The notes under the pieces are model-generated. The model had not been told where the DNA came from. It was given only the letters and a program-made list of their open reading frames with translations, and ran no database searches. From Octopus vulgaris (taxonomy: Eukaryota): a DNA stretch of 64,000 nucleotides. Shown here piece by piece: positions 60,201-64,000 of this stretch. Where the stretch lies: contig OX597816.1 of NCBI GenBank assembly GCA_951406725.2, positions 57,908,001 through 57,972,000 on the forward strand. The letters run 5' to 3'. Both the position numbers and the translations under genes were made by a program. Each line of letters opens with the position of its first letter. The first letter of the stretch is position 1.

Positions 60201-62927
60201 TGAAGTACTGAAAACCTCAAGATGCCAAACCTTTCAGGTGAGATGACAAAGAACCAAGATGTCTGGTGCCTTGCCGTACTCAAGAAGACCTGTACTCCAC
60301 AGCAACATTGTTAACACTGATCCTTCTGGTGATGTAAAACACTCCTGGTGGTGCCATGTAAAAGCACACAGCACACTCTGTAAAATGGTTGGCATGTTCG
60401 GAAGGGCATCCAGCCACAGAAACCATGCCAAATAAGACCGGAGTCTGAAGCAGCTCTCCAGCCTAGCCAGCTTTGGTCAAACCATCCAACCTATGCCAGC
60501 ATGGACAACAGACATTAAATGATGATGATGATGACATATATATATATATTTATATACATATTAATAATATGACAACAAAAGAATGAATGAGACCTCGATA
60601 TTATGTAAAATAGAGGAATTTATCTATAAATATAATGTGACAATTAGTTGGTTGTCATAATAAAACTCAGAGTTTCGGATGCTGGGGCAAAAATTCTGTT
60701 CTGGCATCTCATCAGTTATCAAGACTTAATAACTGATGAGATGCTGGAGCAGGCTTCAGCCCCGGCATCCAAAACTGAGTTTTATTAAGACAACCAACTA
60801 ATTGTCACATATTATATATATATATATATATATATGTAGTCAAGCATGACCTCCGAGCGTTGGGCCTCACAGAGGCAATGACGAAAGACCGAGATCTCTG
60901 GAGATATGCTGTGACTGCAAAGACCCGGGTTGCTTCCTGCACCAGTCTTGCATAGCCCCAGCCCATTCAAAGTACCTTGGATTGCAGAACAGCCTGCTGT
61001 GCTTACCTTGGATCGTAGAGAGACCTGCTGTGCTTGAGGAGACCTATTGAGTCAAGTACATCAATATCAAAATAAATGCCAAATGGAAATTGTAGTTATG
61101 ATACCTGTGCCGGCAGCACCATCAGAAGGTGGCCGATGCCAGCGCTGCCTTGTCTGGCCTCTGTGCCGGTGGCACATGACCTGCTGTGCTTGAGAAGACC
61201 TATTGAGTCAAGTACATCAACATCGAAATAAATATCAAATGGAAATAGTAGTTGTGATACCTGTGCTGGTGGCACATAAAAAGCACCATCCGAACGTGGC
61301 CGAAGGGATGAAAGGCAAAGTCGACCTCGGCAGAATTTGAACTCAGAATGTAACGGCAGACGAAATACTGCTAAGCATTTTGCCCAGGGTGCTAACGTTT
61401 CTGCCAGCTCGCTTCCTTAATTACTTCTGCTCTAGGCACAAGGCCTTGAAAATTTCTTTTGGGAAGGGGCTAGTCGATTACATCGACCCCAGTGCGTAAC
61501 TGGTACTTAATTTATCAACTCTGAAAGAATGAAAGGTAAAGTCGACCTCAGTGGAATTTGAACTCAGAATGTAGTGGTCACCCGGTGTGCAAATGATTTT
61601 GCCAGCTTGCTGCCAGTCCTGAGAATATATTAATAAGTCAAAGGCGGTGAGCAGGTAATGGTGATGTTTTGTAGTGGTGGTGATGATGGATGGTGGTGAC
61701 AATAACATCAATGCCTTGCTACTTACATTGTCTGCAGAATATTGGCAGGAATCTTGTCCAGAGTAGCAAAACTGTCCACAGCAGCTGTTACATCATTCTC
61801 TGTATCTTCAGAAGTCTACAAGACAAAGAACATATTTTCACAAGTCACAAGATTAACTGCAAAATGAAAGGTAAAAGTGTGTGTGGGAGGGGGAGCAGGC
61901 TATGGTTGATCGAATCAGCTCATTATATTACTGGTATTTAAGGCATTGTACTGGTAGAATGATTAGTAAGTTGGGAGAAAATATTTAGCAGTATTGCTTT
62001 GAGATTTTTATATTTTGTGTTTCAATTCTGCTGAGGTCAACTTTGCCTTTCATCCTCCGGGGGTTGATAAAAAAAAAAGTACTAATTAAGCACTGGGTTG
62101 GATGTACCCTACTAGTCCCTTCCCACAAAATTTCAAGCTCTGGTTATTGGTACTTAATGTTCTGTGCCTGGAAAGAATAGTGAAATACAGTGTCAGATTC
62201 TACAGGGAAAAGGAACCAAAAAGACACCACTGGAATGAAACGAAGTAGCAGTCAAATCAGCTCCCTCCAATTATAAACAACAAAAAAAAAAAAAGACATT
62301 TTAAATCCTTTTAAAGGTATAAAATGTATTCTGGGATGTAATTATTTGAACTGGTGTCAATATTGACCCTGGGTAGGTTAAGCCAGTTCCAAGCCAACTG
62401 TGTTCTCACAGACTCTCAATATTGTGATTGTCCACCAACTGAGATTCACAATGGCAGACAGTAGACACACAGGATTAAGTATTAAGATTAGACTTTATAT
62501 CACTAATCCATGTTTTCAGCTAATTGCCACACCATTTACACCCTCATTTAATATCCACTTTCCATGTTTGCATGGGTTAGATGGAATTTGTTGGAGCAGA
62601 TTGTTCTGTGGCGTCATGTAAAAGAAGCACACAGAAGAGGGTAATTTTTATGTGGCACCAGCACCAGAGAGGTCACCAAGTAACATGCAAGACAAAAACC
62701 CTTAACTAAGAGAGGGAGTGGTATCGAGGGAGGTGGCTTTGAGCCAGGTTATGAGAGGTTAGACTGTGATAGAGGAACAGAAACAGGTGTTTTGCAGGTG
62801 AGTAGAGATATTACAATCAAATCATGCACTTCATCTTGACTAATAACAAATAATAATAGCTACTGACCTGATTTTTTTCTGCTGTGCTGTGGTAGTCAGA
62901 GCTGACTGATGACTTGAAAATCGATTG
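653..62927 (-). CDS. FANCA: Fanconi anemia group A protein ortholog, partial multi-exon CDS (21 exons, 704 codons; 5' and 3' ends outside the window)
   Basis: 21 exons with AG acceptors after polypyrimidine tracts and GT donors chain in consistent phase with no stop. Peptides such as IFRRPYFVGEFLPALLKPR, LPKIADSRMKFIKALK, MSAEQILGLGAILCHL, QWVRQELAVDPGRDYL and ECPLLWTSL match human FANCA as I recall it ([73 protein letters not shown]). No alignment tool was run. Confidence 0.92.
1233..1615 (-). mobile_element. tRNA-derived SINE family A (tRNA head, core, internal (TA/TG)n microsatellite, tail)
   Basis: Head GGAGTGGCTGTGTGGTAAG...GGGTTCAGTCCC with A/B boxes. Near-identical copies at about 1000-1180, 9481-9740, 9898-10310, 18145-18530, 19260-19425, 23615-23945, 43030-43420, 54070-54460 and 63115-63295. 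Confidence 0.85.
2680..3445 (+). mobile_element. RTE-clade LINE, 5'-truncated 3' end with 3' UTR and (GAT)n tail
   Basis: Peptide RRLCWYGHVARMDEDSCVKKC...GRGRPRKTWNEVVKHDL...W is typical of the RTE C-terminus; followed by 60-bp repeats and a GATGATGAT tail. Confidence 0.88.
3494..3580 (-). CDS. FANCA: FANCA exon (first part of human exon 37), 87 nt, phase 2-2: ETFRPLDAETPLVLLQAVAAALASLVLQ(R)
   Basis: ttttctctacacag|G...CG|gtatga; the only open frame is the one the upstream exon requires. Confidence 0.85.
3702..4437. mobile_element. Three tandem copies of a 230-bp TTAA-flanked (piggyBac-type) MITE
   Basis: Units TTAACCCTTTCGTTACC...GGTAACGAAAGGGTTAA at 3702-3931, 3955-4184 and 4208-4437, separated by an identical 23-bp spacer. 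Confidence 0.85.
6335..6435 (-). CDS. FANCA: FANCA exon (about exon 36), 101 nt, phase 0-2: VHGKNWKFYHLLIEQKNLQTIINCILKFQMSDE(W)
   Basis: tttcatctttaaaag|GTT...TG|gtaagt; phases fit. Confidence 0.82.
6599..7325 (-). mobile_element. Tc1-like transposon remnant
   Basis: TIR-like (T)AGGGGTTGGACAAAATAATGGAAACACC after TA; peptide EHLIWPPQSPNLNIIEHL (DD34E motif). Confidence 0.85.
7592..7678 (-). CDS. FANCA: FANCA exon (about exon 35), 87 nt, phase 0-0: GIVMLRQTISDDLFQRLLTECPLLWTSLM
   Basis: ttctcttcctcag|GGT...ATG|gtaagt; resembles human [11 protein letters not shown]. Confidence 0.92.
7933..8528. repeat. Compound 34/35-bp minisatellite with three unit types
   Basis: About 17 units sharing AGAATACCAGAATACAT, with three recurring variable parts. 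Confidence 0.95.
9898..10310 (-). mobile_element. SINE family A, full-length copy
   Basis: Complete head, core, microsatellite and tail; inverted relative to the copy at 9481-9740. Confidence 0.85.
10512..10824 (+). mobile_element. tRNA-derived SINE family D
   Basis: GGCGCATGGCTCAGTGGTTAGAGC head; core GTGTTCTTGAGCAAGGCACTTTATT...CACTCAGCTGTA; 14-bp TSD TATATAACCCATTG (10498-10511 and 10825-10838). Related older copies at about 11850-12140 (-), 23320-23600 and 34655-34975. Confidence 0.8.
12337..12396 (-). CDS. FANCA: FANCA exon (about exon 34), 60 nt, phase 0-0: RNTINEGFTLDRDVVYHIFQ
   Basis: ttctttctttcag|AGA...CAG|gtaaaa; aligns without gaps to human [20 protein letters not shown]. Confidence 0.92.
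13250..13500 (+). mobile_element. mariner 3' remnant
   Basis: HSLNGKTFNNDDDL...GIMKLPERWQNVIKQNGKYIID* followed by a TIR ending ACCAACCCAATA. Confidence 0.85.
16797..16870 (+). ncRNA. Degenerate type I hammerhead ribozyme motif
   Basis: CCTG-TTGATGA-AGACTT(long hairpin)AAGTCA-GAAA-CCATGG-TC/CAGG; the core has a C3U change. Confidence 0.6.
17067..17961 (-). mobile_element. Internally deleted mariner (DD34D) element with both TIRs
   Basis: ATTGGGTTGTCCCATAAATAATGCGG...CTGCAATATTTACGGGATGACCTAAT; peptide FHQDNARPHTA...PHPHYSPDIALSDYHLFRSLQNHL. Confidence 0.9.
18145..18530 (+). mobile_element. SINE family A, full-length copy
   Basis: GGTGCAGGAGTGGCTGTGTGG through CAGTCAAATGAC...AAGTAAAAG. Confidence 0.85.
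19024..19098 (+). ncRNA. Type I hammerhead ribozyme motif
   Basis: CTATG-CTGATGA-TCTTG(...)CAAGT-GAAA-CTAATTAG-TA/CAAAG: core intact, palindromic stem III, one mismatch each in stems I and II. Confidence 0.6.
19617..20193. mobile_element. mariner-derived MITE interrupted by a family C insertion
   Basis: TIRs TTGGGTTGGTGCATAATTATTG(T)GGCTTTTT and AAAAAGCTGCAATAATTATGCACAAACCCAA. Confidence 0.7.
19695..20035 (+). mobile_element. RTE 3'-UTR-derived short retroelement (family C), representative copy
   Basis: 60-bp units GTGCCGGTGGCACGTAAAAAGCACCATCC..., then GGTTGGCGTTAGGAAGGGCATCCAGCTGTAG...CCATGCTAGCATGGAAAGCGGACGTTAAACGATGATG. Dozens of copies in both orientations, e.g. 11230-11650, 14600-14985, 22985-23305, 27610-27985, 30845-31298, 31820-32025, 37525-37850, 44705-45507, 48175-48470, 48940-49650 and 50280-50648. 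Confidence 0.85.
21480..21960 (-). mobile_element. Possible old LINE 3' remnant
   Basis: CKSLAGLKSH resembles the terminal C2H2-like motif of RTE-type ORFs; otherwise too degraded to call. Confidence 0.35.
22547..22652 (-). CDS. FANCA: FANCA exon (about exon 33), 106 nt, phase 2-0: LLLNLPANLLFSDSVSVPVSEDATSTVITYINTTL
   Basis: ttctttccacag|T...TTG|gtgagt; resembles human ILLRLPSSVL...LVNSEM. Confidence 0.9.
23723..23915. repeat. Expanded (AT)n/(AC)n compound microsatellite inside a family A SINE
   Basis: Direct reading. Confidence 0.95.
24561..24789. mobile_element. Same TTAA MITE, inserted into a family C element
   Basis: Removing it restores CATCATTTAACATCCAT, showing TTAA duplication. 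A truncated copy lies at about 41313-41513. Confidence 0.85.
24931..25085 (-). CDS. FANCA: FANCA exon (about exon 32), 155 nt, phase 0-2: RNIEQFLDIDQNNGNAGTSVLPWLLQELQESAPTNVAANFCKTKFQVFSKV(N)
   Basis: ttttctttcag|AGA...AA|gtgagt; phases fit. Confidence 0.85.
28004..28109 (-). CDS. FANCA: FANCA exon (about exon 31), 106 nt, phase 2-0: CVQTDSSQCTMCKTSAAPPQLTLNNNKYEILTLLK
   Basis: tgtattttcag|T...AAG|gttagt; phases fit both neighbours. Confidence 0.83.
28400..28939 (+). mobile_element. Head-to-tail trimer of SINE family B
   Basis: Three units with about 163-bp period, flanked by 15-bp TSD AATGTCCATTTACCA (28385-28399 and 28940-28954). Confidence 0.85.
30311..30845 (-). mobile_element. Helitron RepHel fragment (PIF1-family helicase C-terminal part)
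   Basis: PHRLNLKVGAIVMLLRNL...GLCNGT...RLQFPLRLAYSMTINKAEGQT...VFSHGQLYVTFSR; its 5' side is truncated by a family C element. Confidence 0.92.
33346..33450 (-). CDS. FANCA: FANCA exon (about exon 30), 105 nt, phase 2-2: NFYQTWFLHKYQAENKNGRKICSDIFNCLLEADT(D)
   Basis: gtatttgtccag|G...GA|gtaagt; CSDIFNCLLE resembles human CTILVNALMD. Confidence 0.88.
34133..34177 (-). ncRNA. Type I hammerhead ribozyme motif
   Basis: TCTGTG-CTGATGA-AGAGAAATAACCTG-GAAA-TCGCGA-TA/CACAGA: 6-bp stem I, palindromic stem III, weak stem II. Confidence 0.65.
36517..36590 (-). CDS. FANCA: FANCA exon (about exon 29), 74 nt, phase 0-2: IKLRQWVRQELAVDPGRDYLTNRQ(R)
   Basis: tttgtatccaaag|ATA...AG|gtaaga; matches human [25 protein letters not shown]. 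Confidence 0.93.
36954..37521. repeat. About 570-bp GAA-rich polypurine simple repeat (GAA/GGT/GGA mosaic)
   Basis: Direct reading; no C on the + strand and T mostly in GGT/GAT triplets. Confidence 0.95.
38086..38211 (-). CDS. FANCA: FANCA exon (about exon 28), 126 nt, phase 0-0: FTYLCERKYPYLRFNVCPSKIPNEEVVLYHCEAFTTIKNCHQ
   Basis: attattgtctag|TTT...CAG|gtaatt; start resembles human FQFLMFRLF. Confidence 0.82.
39380..40660 (+). mobile_element. Decayed RTE LINE (RT C-terminal half to tail)
   Basis: Frameshifted GVHKG...QAITEEFK...ELLYAD, VVDSFRYLG and GRPRKTWDKVVKHDL, then the same 3' UTR as 2680-3445. Confidence 0.88.
41533..41620 (-). CDS. FANCA: FANCA exon (about exon 27), 88 nt, phase 2-0: ISTVFLKTFFYATSDVNKMSLIPTSLITK
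   Basis: gttctttgcag|A...AAG|gtttgc; phases fit; ends LITK versus human LIKK. Confidence 0.85.
41695..42790 (+). mobile_element. Penelope-like element remnant (GIY-YIG endonuclease region plus downstream pLTR-like sequence)
   Basis: C-xx-C...NCKARNVVYSIRC...C..RKAYVGETAWSIGEWVNGH...SSVLYQH, with stops and frameshifts; degraded hammerhead at 42751-42782. Confidence 0.85.
45566..45759 (-). CDS. FANCA: FANCA exon (about exon 26), 194 nt, phase 0-2: WNLMSAEQILGLGAILCHLTLCHDRLPQVQILNCPVLGETIGKFTDLLWTVLPCSTSQQAKFLL(Q)
   Basis: ttcttttcacag|TGG...CA|gtaagt; resembles human [22 protein letters not shown]...LLTCRT. Confidence 0.92.
45915..46230 (-). mobile_element. Possible RTE-related short element
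   Basis: The minus strand has GGCAATGGCAAACCAC...CCTTGGCCAAGAAAAC, a motif I recall from RTE/BovB-related elements, plus a (GAT)-like tail. Confidence 0.45.
46977..47201 (+). mobile_element. tRNA-derived SINE family B (Nin/Deu-like central domain), young copy nested in an RTE-derived element
   Basis: Head GGC(G/A)GCGAGCTGGCAGAA...GAGTTCAAATTCC; central CCTTTCATCCTTTCGGGGTCGATAAATTAAGTACCAG; 14-bp TSD GGTTTGACTGGGGA at 46963-46976 and 47202-47215. Other copies at about 2180-2462, 5297-5530, 5645-5870, 7713-7932, 20760-20980, 25605-26003, 38878-39110, 49908-50123 and 61305-61615. Confidence 0.85.
48070..48143 (-). mobile_element. tRNA-like head of the same family as 56409-56481
   Basis: GGGCATATGGCATACTGGTTAAGAGTGCGGGCTACTAACCCCAAGATTCCGAGTTCGATTCCCAGCAGTGACC; an opposite-orientation fragment of the family lies at about 48490-48575. 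Confidence 0.7.
48663..48827 (-). CDS. FANCA: FANCA exon (human exons 24+25 as one exon), 165 nt, phase 0-0: VANTILNSTSKTLLLSNYAVDYDSSWLCQLFDVLAANLPLLPAIFQCLWRWTVLQ
   Basis: gtatttccag|GTA...CAG|gtaaca; phases fit both neighbours; LPAIFQCL resembles human LPAVLTRL. Confidence 0.88.
49070..49650 (-). repeat. About ten 60-bp tandem units expanded from the family C internal repeat
   Basis: GGTGCTTTTTACATGCCACC...GCCAGTCAGGGGGTACTGGCATTGACCAC period. A similar array lies at about 45075-45507. Confidence 0.9.
50893..51026 (-). CDS. FANCA: FANCA exon (about exon 23), 134 nt, phase 1-0: (E)TISLISETLKNLLDEPQSELLLTENKWLMTLDVVKPSLENKHVQ
   Basis: ggttagtttcag|AA...CAG|gtaaaa; resembles human VAVISERLRAVL...TPRLEPREH. 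An in-frame alternative AG lies 6 nt upstream (exon start 51032). Confidence 0.87.
52507..52697. repeat. Degenerate CACACCTGT-based minisatellite at the head end of a family A SINE remnant
   Basis: Repeated ACACCTGT(G/A/T)CC(T/C)CCACAC motifs. Confidence 0.8.
53273..53413 (-). CDS. FANCA: FANCA exon (about exon 22), 141 nt, phase 1-1: (E)TPFATSDNSNSSTEKLPLEKLGAVLQQLEENVSQSESLPKNVFKTN
   Basis: cctattatccag|AA...G|gtatat; PLEKLGAVLQQL resembles human PLGQLTAALGEL. The donor is weak. Confidence 0.85.
53564..53640 (-). CDS. FANCA: FANCA exon (about exon 21), 77 nt, phase 2-1: SKKLPASHYQNYIAACQQLMMTSVN
   Basis: ttttatctttag|C...G|gtcagt; resembles human DKIPPSLYSTYCQAC. Confidence 0.92.
54964..55013 (-). 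CDS. FANCA: FANCA exon (about exon 20), 50 nt, phase 0-2: LPKIADSRMKFIKALK(D)
   Basis: ccttcttttcag|CTT...GA|gtgagt; matches human [17 protein letters not shown]. Confidence 0.95.
56164..56644. mobile_element. Inverted composite retroelement: tRNA-like head plus hammerhead ribozyme, flanked by a 13-bp TSD
   Basis: AACACTGCAGATA at 56151-56163 and 56645-56657; forward unit 56409-56644, reverse partial units 56164-56350 and 56347-56398. Confidence 0.8.
56243..56289 (-). ncRNA. Minimal type I hammerhead ribozyme motif
   Basis: AGACAC-CTGATGA-A-GGCTG(...)CAACC-GAAA-C-GTT/GTGTT: core intact, stem I GACAC:GTGTT, palindromic ACGT stem III. The forward copy at 56543-56589 has a perfect stem II but AAAA for GAAA. 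Confidence 0.7.
56963..57023 (-). CDS. FANCA: FANCA exon (about exon 19), 61 nt, phase 2-0: IFRRPYFVGEFLPALLKPRK
   Basis: ttctgttcaacag|T...AAG|gtaaga; the most conserved FANCA motif in the window. Confidence 0.95.
58400..60535 (+). mobile_element. Decayed RTE LINE, about 2.1 kb, with the reverse transcriptase domain
   Basis: YKGKGDTIDRSNYRGLKLLDQVMK, QFGF...STTDAIFIVRQLQEKY and PWELLYADDL motifs, with many stops and frameshifts; (GAT)n tail. Confidence 0.9.
60660..60719 (-). ncRNA. Type I hammerhead ribozyme motif in a palindrome arm
   Basis: ATAA-CTGATGA-GATGC(...)GCATCC-GAAA-CTCTGAG-TT/TTAT; mirror copy with a mutated GAAA at 60729-60784 (+). Confidence 0.65.
61727..61815 (-). CDS. FANCA: FANCA exon (about exon 18), 89 nt, phase 0-2: TSEDTENDVTAAVDSFATLDKIPANILQT(I)
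   Basis: ttctttgtcttgtag|ACT...AT|gtaagt; resembles human [24 protein letters not shown]. Confidence 0.9.
62868..62927 (-). CDS. FANCA: FANCA exon (about human exon 17), 60 nt, phase 0-0: QSIFKSSVSSDYHSTAEKNQ
   Basis: tttctcgtttag|CAA...CAG|gtcagt. Length equals recalled human exon 17; sequence similarity is weak. Confidence 0.75.
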
Positions 62928-64000
62928 CTAAACGAGAAATAAATAAATCTATAAATTATATTTAACAGACAATAGGAGACATATTTCGTTAACTTTGGTG
63001 TTTAGAAAATTCTGTAATAGTGAAGACATCTTTATTATTAGGTAAAAAAAACCCCAACAAAAATGAACAGTAATTGGGCCTTGACTGTCATAGCCCTGGG
63101 CTATTAAATAACAGGCACAGGCATGGCTGTATGGTAAGAAGTCTGCTTTTCAACCAAATGGATACTTGCCCAAGGTGCTATTGCATGGCATCTTGGGCAA
63201 GTATCTTCATCTATAGCCTCAGGCCAACCAAAGCTTTGTGAGTGGATTTGGGAAAGGGAAACTGAAAGAAACCTGTTGTGTGTGTGTGTGTGTATATATA
63301 TATTGTTACGAAACCTGCCGTCGCTCAAACTCGAACCCGGGACCCTACTAAGTCGAGTGACGACGATTGACCAGCTCAGTCGAACGGGAATCCGCCACAG
63401 AAAGAGGAAACGGTGGTGGGGGATTGCAGCGAACTCGAACCGGTGATAACAACAACAACAACAGCAGGAAGAGATAGAGAGACGGCGGAAGGCAATTTGC
63501 TTACATTTAAGAACAGTTTATACAATTATTACATCAAATACAATGTGAAACATATCAGATACATTAAAGAAAATAACATGCAACAGAATCAAAAAGAAAA
63601 CAACAAAATCAATGCATTTAAACATAACTCGTCGTTCGAAAACAATCAAAGGCATGCACGATACAGAACGTCCGAAGCAATCAAAACAGTTCAAATTGAT
63701 GCAATATAGTTCGAAACAGTTCAACATTAAAGTCTTTCTCTTTCTTTCTTTTTCTCTCTCTTTTTCTTTTGACACAATTCTCTCTTTTGTTTTTAACAAT
63801 TCTTTTTTTCCTCTTTTTTCCTCAAGTGGTTGGCATTAGCAAGGGCATCCAATCACAGACAGTAGGAACCATGTCCAAGCAGACAGTTGAGCTTGGCACA
63901 GTCTCCTTGACTTGCCAGCTCAAACCGTCAAACTGGCCAATCCATGCCAACATGGAAAATGTATGTTAAATAATGATACATTTTCAACTAAAAACGCTGG

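Noticed and set aside
63305-63505. CpG-rich TG...CA segment as a solo LTR or promoter
   Set aside because: No matching TSD, partner LTR or PBS is visible, and it is intronic. Not supportable.

Overview
Eukaryotic, AT-rich, repeat-saturated genomic DNA. The repeat content points to a coleoid cephalopod, probably Octopus (inference). The whole window lies inside one minus-strand gene that I read as FANCA (Fanconi anemia group A). I reconstructed 21 short GT-AG exons by hand, from 62927 down to 653. They total 2112 nt (704 codons), splice in phase without stops, and match human FANCA exons 17-37 in motifs and, as I recall them, in several exact exon lengths. Both gene ends lie outside the window. 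About 97% of the window is intron, filled with tRNA-derived SINEs, RTE LINE remnants and their 3' derivatives, Tc1/mariner, hAT and TTAA-type MITEs, a Helitron helicase fragment, a Penelope-like GIY-YIG remnant, and micro/minisatellites. Almost all ORFs in the supplied track are repeat artefacts. The most unusual signal is a set of hammerhead-ribozyme motifs in fold-back elements. One of them, at 56164-56644, is a TSD-flanked element that joins a tRNA-like Pol III head to a hammerhead and is a candidate Penelope-mobilised ribozyme SINE.
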